Source of the DNA: Terriglobia bacterium
Lineage (GTDB): Bacteria > Acidobacteriota > Terriglobia > Bryobacterales > Bryobacteraceae
Reading direction: 5' to 3'
Length of the DNA stretch: 64,000 nt
Assembly: GCA_963830415.1 (NCBI GenBank)
Contig: CAWHMG010000004.1
Coordinates: 13,436 to 77,435, forward strand
The notes under the pieces were generated by a model. That model made no database searches. It was not told where the DNA came from and was given only the letters and a program-made list of their open reading frames with translations. A program made the position numbers and the translations under genes. Position 1 is the stretch's first letter. Each line of letters starts with the position of its first letter. Positions 29,616 to 38,143 of the stretch are shown piece after piece.

Positions 29616-29895
29616 TGTCTTTGGGAACCTTTCGGGAAATCGGGAGGGCTAAATCAATATTTTATCACGCAAAAGCCCGCCGGCACAAAGAACAAGCGCC
29701 GACGGGCTCCAGCTTTATACTCTAGCTACGTAACGCGCGACGGGGCGGCCGGTCCACAGGAACCTCGGCCTCGTCACTGAAACGAAACCTGAACGTACGA
29801 ACGGCGACTTTAAGAGTCGGCCACCTCGCGCGTGGATTGTATGCTACAGTCACTACCAGAATTCATTCGACTGGACCACCTCCTTTTTCAGTGAT
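29616..29895 (-). ncRNA. candidate structured rpmE 5' leader or independent sRNA
   Basis: ORF-free. Bounded by a sigma70-like promoter and the hairpin above. A 9-bp long-range pairing (29886-29894 with 29774-29782) plus internal GC hairpins. No known RNA family recognised by eye. Confidence 0.35.
29671..29707 (-). terminator. intrinsic-terminator-like hairpin about 55 nt upstream of the rpmE ATG (possible attenuator)
   Basis: Minus strand reads GCCCGUCGGC - 13-nt loop - GCCGGCGGGC (one mismatch) followed by UUUUG. Confidence 0.5.
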
Positions 29896-29901
29896 GCTTT
29901 G

Positions 29902-29931
29902 ATTTTAAGATCAAGCCCTGGAAACTGTCAA
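29902..29931 (-). promoter_or_regulatory. sigma70-like promoter TTGACA-N18-TAAAAT
   Basis: Minus strand has TTGACA at 29931-29926 and TAAAAT at 29907-29902. Sequence match only. Confidence 0.4.
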
Positions 29932-29964
29932 CGTGTCCCAGCTCTATAAGATCAACTTTTTGGG

Positions 29965-31170
29965 ATGATCATCGCGCGCCTGTGGGTCAGCGGATTTTTG
30001 GTACTGGGAGTTCTGCTCGGATTGCTTGGATCCCTCTCCGTGGCCTGGCAATACCATTTAGATGTGGAGCCGCAACTCATCGGTCTTCACTTTCTGGCCC
30101 TAAATGCCGGCTACGTACTGGCAGCGGCGGCCGCGCAGCATCTGCTTCGGCGAATTTCAACTAAGTTCCTGGCGACTCTGGCCTGCGGGTTCACGTGCCT
30201 GAGCCTGGTGGCCTTATCCCTCATGGCACCCCCGGTCGTGGCTGGATGGCGCCTGGTAGTGCTCTTTGCAGCCGGTTTGGGAGCGGGTGCGCTGGGGGCG
30301 TCCCTGCTCTACGCTCCTGAATCCCATTTTGAGCTAAGGCCCGGAGCCGTCGTCAACCAGGCCGGAGTGCTGTTCGGCTGTGGCTGCCTTATCTCAACTA
30401 TGGTCGTAGGCGCGACCTATCTTTCAAACAGGGCACAAATCGCCCCTGCTCTGCTGGCGCTTTTGCCACTAGCTTTCCTTCTCGTTCTCGGCAGAACTCC
30501 CACCTTGAAGGTATCGAAACCGGCGCCCAGTAAAGAACGAGAATCGCGGGAGACCCTGCGCGATCTCCGTAGTATCGCCACCGTGCTCTTCAGCCTGCTT
30601 CTCTTCTTTCAGTCCGGGAACGAGTGGGCCGTCGCGGGATGGCTCCCGCTTTTCCTGGTGCACCGGTTGGGTACTAACCCGGCGCTCGCGATTGGTGTGC
30701 TGGCGCTCTATTTTCCTGCATTGATGCTGGGGCGCATAGCCGCAGTGAGGCTCTTGCCTCGCGTAAGCCACCGTAAATTTCTGCTTGCCAGTATTGCGGC
30801 CGCGGTATGCGGATTTATGCTTTTGACCTTCGTGGGTTCACTTGCCTCCGCCACGGCTGGAGTGATCGTGATCGGGGTAGGTTTCGGGCCGATCTATCCA
30901 TTGATCGCCAATCGCCTCGACAAACGCTTTCTCTATCATCCCGGGCTCTACAACGGCGCCCTTTCTATTGCGATCACAGGAGGTATGAGCGCGTCTTGCC
31001 TCCTGGGTTTCGTCGATGCATCGCTCGGCATGCGCTATGTCATGCTGCTGCCGGTCTTCGGTTCAGCCATAGTATTGATGCTTTCGCTTCTCCTAATGCT
31101 CGAAGCGCATCTAATGGACGAAAGGCCGACCGAAGAAACCAGATTAGCCAAAGCTGGCGGGGGATTGTAA
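29965..31170 (+). CDS. MFS-type membrane transporter (hypothetical)
   Basis: 401 aa with about 12 hydrophobic segments and no soluble domains. Confidence 0.65.
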   Translation: MIIARLWVSGFLVLGVLLGLLGSLSVAWQYHLDVEPQLIGLHFLALNAGYVLAAAAAQHLLRRISTKFLATLACGFTCLSLVALSLMAPPVVAGWRLVVLFAAGLGAGALGASLLYAPESHFELRPGAVVNQAGVLFGCGCLISTMVVGATYLSNRAQIAPALLALLPLAFLLVLGRTPTLKVSKPAPSKERESRETLRDLRSIATVLFSLLLFFQSGNEWAVAGWLPLFLVHRLGTNPALAIGVLALYFPALMLGRIAAVRLLPRVSHRKFLLASIAAAVCGFMLLTFVGSLASATAGVIVIGVGFGPIYPLIANRLDKRFLYHPGLYNGALSIAITGGMSASCLLGFVDASLGMRYVMLLPVFGSAIVLMLSLLLMLEAHLMDERPTEETRLAKAGGGL

Positions 31171-31197
31171 GCACGGCGATCGGCTTTTCCTTCACAA

Positions 31198-32196
31198 ATG
31201 CAAGTAGAGTTTCGCGAAACTGGAATCTATTTGCCTGCCATCGATCTGTGGCTAGATAACGCAGAAGCGTGCGCGGCAAGCTGGATTTCGCATGGGCACA
31301 GCGATCACGCTCGCGGGTGTCATGGCAAGGCAATCGGCACATCGACGACCCTGCGGTTTTACCGTATGCGGCTGTTGCTCAACGAAGAGCAACAGGAGCC
31401 CGATCTGATCCCGCTCGAGTTCGGGGAAAGTATGGAGTGGAACGGAGCGACTCTGACGGCCTTCCGGGCCAGTCACATTCTCGGCGCAGCGCAGCTTTTA
31501 ATTCAGCATGAGGGCGAGCGCCTGGTTTACACGGGCGATATCAAGCTTCGCCCCCCCTTATGCGGCGAGATGACCCAAACAGTAGCCTGCGACCGGCTCA
31601 TTATTGAATCGACTTTCGGGCTTCCTATTTATCGACTGCTGACACGCGAAGAAGCAATTGAGAAGATCATCAATTTCGCGCGTAATTGCCTCGCTGAAAA
31701 CATCACCCCTGCCTTTATCGGTTATCCACTCGGACGGGGGCAGGAGATTGTTCACGTGCTCTGTCAAGCGGGGATTTACACTGCGGTCCACGGCGCAATC
31801 GCTAAATTCATTCCGGTTTATCAGGAGCACGGTTACACATTCAATGGTTGGGAGCCATACGATGCGAAGACCACGGCAGGGAAGGCGCTGGTGGTAGTTC
31901 CGGCGCACGGGAGTGTTTTGGAGGCAAGCGGGAAAAGTGTGCGTCTGGCGTATGTCTCAGGCTGGGCCGCCCTGGATAACGCGCGCGCACGCAGCGGAGC
32001 GGAGGAGCTCATCCCGTATTCCGATCACGCCGATTTCAATGAATTACTTGAGTTGGTTGAGTGTTCTGGAGCGCGGTATGTGGACGTAGTGCACGGCTAT
32101 ACGGCGCCGTTCGCGCATATTCTTCGCCAGCGTGGTTACTCCGCGGCTGCTCCCCAGCGCGACGGAACCCGGACCAACATCGAGGCAGAGGGCTGA
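31198..32196 (+). CDS. ligase-associated DNA damage response exonuclease (MBL / beta-CASP fold)
   Basis: WISHGHSDHARG motif and C-terminal YSDHADFNELLE. The stop overlaps the ligase start (TGATG). Context with the ligase and DEXH helicase supports the call. Confidence 0.8.
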   Translation: MQVEFRETGIYLPAIDLWLDNAEACAASWISHGHSDHARGCHGKAIGTSTTLRFYRMRLLLNEEQQEPDLIPLEFGESMEWNGATLTAFRASHILGAAQLLIQHEGERLVYTGDIKLRPPLCGEMTQTVACDRLIIESTFGLPIYRLLTREEAIEKIINFARNCLAENITPAFIGYPLGRGQEIVHVLCQAGIYTAVHGAIAKFIPVYQEHGYTFNGWEPYDAKTTAGKALVVVPAHGSVLEASGKSVRLAYVSGWAALDNARARSGAEELIPYSDHADFNELLELVECSGARYVDVVHGYTAPFAHILRQRGYSAAAPQRDGTRTNIEAEG

Positions 32197-33836
32197 TGGA
32201 CGAGTTAGCCCTGGTTTGCGAGCAGATTGCCAGCTACGGCAGCAAGCTCAAGAAAGTGAGCAGACTGGGCGAATACCTGCGCGGCTTGCGTGATGAAGAT
32301 TTTGCGCTGGCTGTGCAATTCCTGAGCGTTGGCCCGGTAGCGGAAGGCGCGCCCAACTATCATCTGTTCGGGGCCGAGGAGAAAACACGGCTATCGGTTG
32401 GCGGCAGCGTGCTGCGCGAGGCGCTAAAAAGAGGGGTCGAATGGGATAGTGAAATTCTCAGCGTCTGCCAGGCGGAAGTAGGCGATACGGGTGAAACGAT
32501 TGCACTGCTGTTGCGCGGCAAAACCCTGGATGAACCGCTTAGCCTACAGATGGCCAACAGGCTCTATCAGGATTTGTTTCGCGCGCCCACAACGGCGGCA
32601 AAAAGCGAATTGCTCATCTACACCTTCAGGCGTTACCGGCCGCTCACTCTCAAGTACTTCGTGAAAGTGATCACGCGAGGTCTGCGGATCGGGCTGATGA
32701 GTCGCATGGTGGAGGAAGCAGTAGCGCTCGCTTGCGGCGTTCCGAATACTGCAGTGCGTGACGCTAATAATCGGCTAGGAGATTTGGCCGCGGTAGCGCT
32801 TGCGGCGCGTCAAGGCCGATTAGCGCAGATCGCGGCGCGGCTCTTTCATCCGATGGACTTCATGCTGGCGAAGCCGCTCGAACGCCTGGAAGATATAGCC
32901 AGCCCCCAAGACTGGATCGTCGAGGATAAATACGACGGTATCCGGGCGCAGGCCCATTTCGATTCTGGCCGGGTAAAGCTTTTCTCGCGGGGCATGGAAG
33001 ACGTGACGCATGCGTTTCCGGAGGTGGTGGCAGCGATTGCGGCGCTTCCTGGCAATGGACTGATCGACGGAGAGATTCTAGCGTGGCGCAATGGTCGGGC
33101 ATTGAACTTCAACGTACTCCAGCAGCGCATCTCGCTTAAGAGCGTGCGGGCTGCTCTTCTGGAGGACGTCCCGGCTGTGTTCATGGGCTATGACATGCTG
33201 CTCCGAAATGACGAGCTGCTGCTCAAGGCTTCCTTCGAGCAGCGGAGGGAAATACTTCAGGAGACGCTTGCGCAAGTAGCTCCGGCGCTGCTGCTCTCGC
33301 GGCAATTCGCGCCCGGCACCCATGAAGAAATTGACCGGCTCTTTCGTGAAGCGCGTGAGCGAGGCAACGAAGGACTTCTGCTCAAACGCCGTGGCGGAGA
33401 ATATGAGTCGGGCAAACGCAGCGGCACATGGCAGAAGCTGAAACGGCCCTATGGCACCTTGGATGTGGTAGTCACGGCCGCCGAGCAAGGCAGCGGACGC
33501 CGCGCGATTTACTTTTCAGATTACACCTTTGCCGTACGGTCGGGCGATGTCTTTCTGAATGTAGGAAAGGCCTATTCAGGGCTGACGGATGCTGAAGTGA
33601 AGGAACTCACGAAAGTGTTGCGGTCTGCATCCAGCGATCGCTTTGGCCCGATGATGACCGTCAGGCCAGCCGTAGTATTGGAAGTGGCGTTCGATGGCGT
33701 CCAGAAAAGCGTTCGCCATAAAAGCGGCTATGCCCTCCGCTTTCCCCGCATCCTGAGATGGCGGCGAGACAAGAAACCTGGAGATTGCGATGACCTCGCG
33801 CGCGTTGAAGCGCTCTACCAAGCCTCACTCCAGTAA
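32196..33836 (+). CDS. ATP-dependent DNA ligase
   Basis: Motif I VEDKYDGIRAQ, then GEILAW, EGLLLKR and WQKLK motifs. Start set at ATG 32196 (MDELALV...) rather than the 32061 extension. Confidence 0.9.
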   Translation: MDELALVCEQIASYGSKLKKVSRLGEYLRGLRDEDFALAVQFLSVGPVAEGAPNYHLFGAEEKTRLSVGGSVLREALKRGVEWDSEILSVCQAEVGDTGETIALLLRGKTLDEPLSLQMANRLYQDLFRAPTTAAKSELLIYTFRRYRPLTLKYFVKVITRGLRIGLMSRMVEEAVALACGVPNTAVRDANNRLGDLAAVALAARQGRLAQIAARLFHPMDFMLAKPLERLEDIASPQDWIVEDKYDGIRAQAHFDSGRVKLFSRGMEDVTHAFPEVVAAIAALPGNGLIDGEILAWRNGRALNFNVLQQRISLKSVRAALLEDVPAVFMGYDMLLRNDELLLKASFEQRREILQETLAQVAPALLLSRQFAPGTHEEIDRLFREARERGNEGLLLKRRGGEYESGKRSGTWQKLKRPYGTLDVVVTAAEQGSGRRAIYFSDYTFAVRSGDVFLNVGKAYSGLTDAEVKELTKVLRSASSDRFGPMMTVRPAVVLEVAFDGVQKSVRHKSGYALRFPRILRWRRDKKPGDCDDLARVEALYQASLQ

Positions 33837-36405
33837 ACGCGATCTCGAGGGTCAACCCAAAGCTTCGATCCTCGCCGTGCTACATCCCTCGCTTGCCGAG
33901 TGGTTCGTTGCGCAGTATGCTTCGCTGAGCGATGTGCAACTCGAGGCTCTACCGCACACGCTGGCAGGCGAGAACACGTTGATTCTCGCCCCGACTGGGA
34001 GCGGCAAAACATTCGCTGCGTTCCTGTCGGCCCTCTCGCAATTGGCTGTGAAAGCAAGCAAAGGGAGCTTGCCAAATGCGATTTCAGCTATCTATGTGTC
34101 GCCGCTCAAAGCACTCGATAACGATATTCATCGCAATCTTACGCCAGCGCTCGAGGCAGTCAATGCGCGCCTTCCCAGTACGCAGCAGATCCGCATGGAA
34201 GTTCGGACCGGGGATACCGCCAATGCCGAGCGCAGCAGGCAATCGCGACAGCGTCCGCATTTATTGCTAACAACTCCGGAGAGCTTGAGCTCGATCCTGT
34301 CCCAGAAAACCTGGCGGGAAAATGGCTTTGCTCCCGATACCGTAATCGTGGACGAGATTCATTCGTTTGCGGAAAACAAACGCGGATCATTGCTCGCGCT
34401 CTGCCTGGAGCGATTAGAACATCGGGTCGGGCGGCCGGTGCAGCGCATCGGGATCTCAGCGACAGCCTGGCCGGTTTCGGCAATTCAGCAGCTATTGTGC
34501 GGCGATCGGACATGCGCAGTTGCCCAGGCGGCGTTCAGAAGGGTACACCGTCTGGAAATCGTAGCGCCCGAGCCTGGCATGTGGCTCCCGCCCGCCGGTT
34601 ACAATCCCTTTCGAATCGCGCCCACTGTGGCGGATGCCGTGCAGCAAGCGCAATGCAGCCTGATCTTTCTCACCACCCGCTCAGGTGTCGAAAGGCTCGG
34701 TTTAGCGCTGAGAGTTTTGCTTCCCGAGTTGGATGACGAGATCGCCGTGCATCACGGGTCGGTAGATCGCGAGACACGTCAAACGATTGAAGACGGACTC
34801 AAGACCGGCTACTGGCGAGCCGTAGTTGCTTCCAGCAGTCTCGAAATGGGCGTGGACTTCGCCAGCGTCGATCAGGTTTTGCTCATCGGCACGCCCCGCG
34901 GAGTGAGCCGGGCGCTACAGCGGCTGGGGCGCAGTGGGCACCAGGTGAACGGTATTGCGCAGGGAGTTCTCATTCCTCTGAGCCTGCCCGATCTGGTCGA
35001 ATGTGTCGCGTTGCGCGAAGCGTTGCGGGAAGGCCGACTGGACGCTCTACGGATCCCGGATTCGCCGCTCGATGTGCTGGCGCAGGTGCTGCTCGGGATG
35101 AGCATCGAAGGCGAGTGGAAACTCGATGACGCATACCGCCTGGTGCGGAAATCGGGTCCTTACAGTTCGCTTGCGCGCGAGAATTTTGATGACGTGATCC
35201 GCTACTTGAGCGGCCAAGGTAAAGTGCTCGGTTCATACGGCACCTACGGAAAAATCGAGCTTATCGAAGATAAGTTCCGGGTAGCGAACGCGAAGACTGC
35301 GCGCAATTACTACCTCAACGCCGGGGTAATCAGCTCGGATTACGAGATGAAGATCGTTTCCAACCGGTATCGCCACATCGGGGCCGTGGAGGAATCATTT
35401 ATCGCGTCGCTGCAGCCTAATGAGGCTTTCGTCATGGGCGGCAGGCCTGTGCGCATCAAACACGTTCAGGGAAACACGGCCGTAGTCGAACCCGCGCAAG
35501 GCGAACAGATCAAGACTCCGCGCTGGATGGGAAACAAGATGCCGCTTACCGCGGAGCTTGCGCAGGAGGAGCTGAAACTGCGGCGTGAATTGCGCACCGT
35601 CTGGGATAACGGCGGAGCGCCAGCTTGCTTTGAGTATCTGCGCGAAGTACATGCTGTCAGCGAAAATGTGGCGAGCCGGGTGGCCGCATTCATCGCCCGA
35701 CACTGCAACGCCATGCCAATTCCAACAGACTCACCCGTGCTGGCCGAGCGCGTGGTGAACGGCAGAAACATGCTCGTGCTCGTGCATATAGTGGCCGGGC
35801 GCGCGGTGAATCGTTCGCTTGCCTGGGTAGCGGGCGCGCGCATTGCTAAAGGGCGCAGCGTCGTTGCCAACTTCGACGATCACAGCTTTCTGCTTTCGCT
35901 CGATTCCAAGATGGAACTCGACGCAGACATCTTGCGCGACGCCTTCAACCCGGCGCACTGGATAGAAGACTTGCGGACCACGCTGTCGACTACCGAAACG
36001 CTAGGCGCCAGTTTCCGCCATATCGCCGAGATCGGCCAACTGCTGCCGCGCCGCACTTTGCGTGGTGATGTTTCGGCGCGGACGGCCACCTGGAACGGCA
36101 GCCTGCTCTACAAAACGCTGCTCGAACATGAGCCGGACCATCCCTTGGTGCGCGAGGCCGTACGTGAAGTATTACAGGATCAGTGCGACGCTCCACGGGC
36201 TTTCGAACTAACGGCGCAGATCCACGCTTCTCCTTTAGAGATTTACGATTTGCCGCGCCCGTCTCCCTTTGCCCTGCCGCTCTTTGCCGCATTTAATCGC
36301 GAGGTCCTGGTCGCGCCTGATCCCGATCGAGCGTTGGACGATCTGGTGGCCGCGCTATATGCCGACTGGGAAAGCGCGGTGACTAGGGTAACAGCGACGC
36401 CCTGA
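33790..36405 (+). CDS. ligase-associated DNA damage response DEXH-box helicase (Lhr-like)
   Basis: Walker A LILAPTGSGKTFAAF, DEIH box (VIVDEIHSF), QRLGRSGH motif VI. 871 aa. Overlaps the ligase 3' end by 47 nt if ATG 33790 is used. Confidence 0.9.
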   Translation: MTSRALKRSTKPHSSKRDLEGQPKASILAVLHPSLAEWFVAQYASLSDVQLEALPHTLAGENTLILAPTGSGKTFAAFLSALSQLAVKASKGSLPNAISAIYVSPLKALDNDIHRNLTPALEAVNARLPSTQQIRMEVRTGDTANAERSRQSRQRPHLLLTTPESLSSILSQKTWRENGFAPDTVIVDEIHSFAENKRGSLLALCLERLEHRVGRPVQRIGISATAWPVSAIQQLLCGDRTCAVAQAAFRRVHRLEIVAPEPGMWLPPAGYNPFRIAPTVADAVQQAQCSLIFLTTRSGVERLGLALRVLLPELDDEIAVHHGSVDRETRQTIEDGLKTGYWRAVVASSSLEMGVDFASVDQVLLIGTPRGVSRALQRLGRSGHQVNGIAQGVLIPLSLPDLVECVALREALREGRLDALRIPDSPLDVLAQVLLGMSIEGEWKLDDAYRLVRKSGPYSSLARENFDDVIRYLSGQGKVLGSYGTYGKIELIEDKFRVANAKTARNYYLNAGVISSDYEMKIVSNRYRHIGAVEESFIASLQPNEAFVMGGRPVRIKHVQGNTAVVEPAQGEQIKTPRWMGNKMPLTAELAQEELKLRRELRTVWDNGGAPACFEYLREVHAVSENVASRVAAFIARHCNAMPIPTDSPVLAERVVNGRNMLVLVHIVAGRAVNRSLAWVAGARIAKGRSVVANFDDHSFLLSLDSKMELDADILRDAFNPAHWIEDLRTTLSTTETLGASFRHIAEIGQLLPRRTLRGDVSARTATWNGSLLYKTLLEHEPDHPLVREAVREVLQDQCDAPRAFELTAQIHASPLEIYDLPRPSPFALPLFAAFNREVLVAPDPDRALDDLVAALYADWESAVTRVTATP

Positions 36406-36439
36406 ATTCCGATTCCACAATATCCGGAAAGCCGATACG

Positions 36440-36600
36440 TCGTACGAGACTCTGCCAGGTGGATCACAACGCAGGCTGTCGAACATTGGCAAGGTTAACT
36501 CAATAATCCGAAATACCCGTTGCTGATACGCTCTTCCCAGCCAGTGAAACGTCGAAGCCAAGTCGCCAAGCCCCAAGCAGATCGATACGCGCGGCAACGC
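36440..36600 (-). pseudogene. remnant of the C-terminus of a TPR-type protein
   Basis: The minus-frame peptide ICLGLGDLASTFHWLGRAYQQRVFRIIELTLPMFDSLRCDPPGRV resembles the common ...GLGDKDKAFEWLEKAYEER...L..DP.FD.LR.DPRF ending. There is no intact upstream ORF. Confidence 0.3.
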
Positions 36601-36831
36601 TCCCGCCCGGTGCCGGACTCCCGCTCCGGGGTGTAGCTTTGACCCATTTCGATGCTGTTGATCTTCGGTCGCAAGTGCCGACGCCGTGACGGAGTTCCTG
36701 AAAAAATCTTCTGCGGCCCAGTCAGCAACGCGACTTCACTGAAGCTAAATCAAGTAGCAACACTCATCATGCAGTCTTGTTTCTGGCGGTTCCGATCCTT
36801 AGCTGAACCGCCAATTAAAGGGGACTAAGCA

Positions 36832-38109
36832 ATGCCTTTGAAAAGGGTGATCTTGAAATCGATCCACGGCCTGCGCGTGAGCTGTGTCGCGCTGGCTGCG
36901 TTTCAACTGAGTCGGGGAGGCGCTTTCGCGGCTCCGATCCAAGCCGCGGAAGAGGCGCAATCGTCTCAACTCCGCACCCGCAGCCCAATTAAACACGTCA
37001 TTGTGATCATCGGTGAGAACCGGACCTTTGACCATGTGTTCGCCACTTACAAGCCAAAGGACGGCGAGACCGTCGATAACCTGCTATCCAAGAGAATCAT
37101 CAATGAGGACGGAACGCCCGGCCCCAATTACTCTCTGGGCGTCCAGTATTCTGCCATCGCTTCGAATAGCGACAAGTACCAGGTCAGCCCAATGGCTAGA
37201 TCGCTTTACGAAACTCTCCCACCGCCCTTAGTTGGCGGCCCCACCACCGCGCCTTTTTCAACCATCCTCGCTGCGAGGGATGCCGAGAACGGTCTGGCTC
37301 TGGGATATTACAAGTACCTGACCACTGGCGGCACCGGACAGAAGTCTGGAACTCGCGATCAGCGCATTCCCAACGTGAACAGTCTGCCGCCTGGCCCGTT
37401 TCAGCTCACCTCGAGCACCATGCCTTACGACGCCTATACTGCCAGCCCCGTACACCGCTTCTATCAGATGTGGCAGCAATTGGATTGCAACATGTACTAC
37501 GCCACAGTCTGGAATGCGAGCGGATGTCAGGCCGACCTGTTTCCTTGGGTGGAAACGACAGTCGGCGCGGGCACGAACGGCAAAGCACAACCTCCGAATT
37601 TCAATCGTGAAAGTACCGGAGAGGGCTCCACTGCCATGGGATTTCACAACGTCCTCCAGGGCGATGCTCCCTACTAAACGCAGCTCGCCAACAATTACGC
37701 CATGAGCGATAACTATCATCAGGCGGTAATGGAGGTACTGGCGCGAACCACATCATGCTTGGAACGGGTGACGCAATCTGGTTCAGTGACAGCAACGGAA
37801 ACCCGCGGTTCCGCCCCACAAACAACTCGTGGCGGCTGGTACCCCGAATGGTGGCGTAGTTGAGAAATCGAAAACCCCAATGCTGCTCCAGATACTAATA
37901 ACTGGTACACGGAAGACGGCTATGGCGGCGGGAGTTATGGTTCTTCTTCCTACGGTGGCGGGAGTTACAGCAATTGCTCGGATTCCGCCATGCCTGGTGT
38001 TACTTCCGTGCTCACCTATCTCGATTCACTCCCCTACTTGGTGGACCCGAGGTGCGCTCCAGGACTTCTCGGGGCGTTTGCTGGAAGAGAAGGCAGTATT
38101 CTTGGATAG
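36832..38109 (+). pseudogene. phosphoesterase-family (PF04185, AcpA / phospholipase C-like) gene, disrupted and 3'-truncated
   Basis: Intact N-terminus (signal, IKHVIVIIGENRTFDHVF). In-frame TAA at 37675-37677, after which the same frame continues TQLANNYAMSDNYHQAVM. Three 1-nt frame slips near 37731, 37803 and 37866 are needed to read GGTGANHIMLGTGDAIWFSDSNGNP / PAVPPHKQLVAAGTPNGGVVE / IENPNAAPDTNNWYTEDGYGGG. It ends at TAG 38107-38109. Confidence 0.7.
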
Positions 38110-38143
38110 ATAGGCCCAGTAGCAAATACAGTTTGGAGAAGTT

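Noticed and set aside
29741-29777. Imperfect hairpin with GGUCC...GGAAC, vaguely SRP-RNA-like
   Set aside because: It lacks the conserved SRP domain IV motifs (GGAA tetraloop context, AGCA symmetric loop) and the required length.
29810-29866. 18-codon minus-strand ORF (MNSGSDCSIQSTREVADS) inside the rpmE-upstream RNA, preceded by AGGAGG
   Set aside because: The spacing from AGGAGG to the ATG is about 12 nt, and the peptide has no regulatory-codon bias or recognisable features. It is kept only as a remote leader-peptide possibility.
29873-29884. GGACCACCTCCT on the plus strand, resembling the 16S rRNA 3' end (anti-SD)
   Set aside because: There is no surrounding rRNA-like sequence. It is simply the complement of the AAGGAGGUGG element in the minus-strand rpmE-upstream RNA.
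32061-32195. Upstream extension of the DNA ligase ORF
   Set aside because: It lies inside the exonuclease gene in another frame. ATG 32196 overlaps the exonuclease stop (TGATG), which is typical coupling.
36406-36831. Search for a PdeM (metallophosphoesterase) gene or remnant after the DEXH helicase
   Set aside because: No listed ORF shows D-x-H / GD / GNHE-type motifs. Only the TPR-like tail remnant on the minus strand is recognisable.
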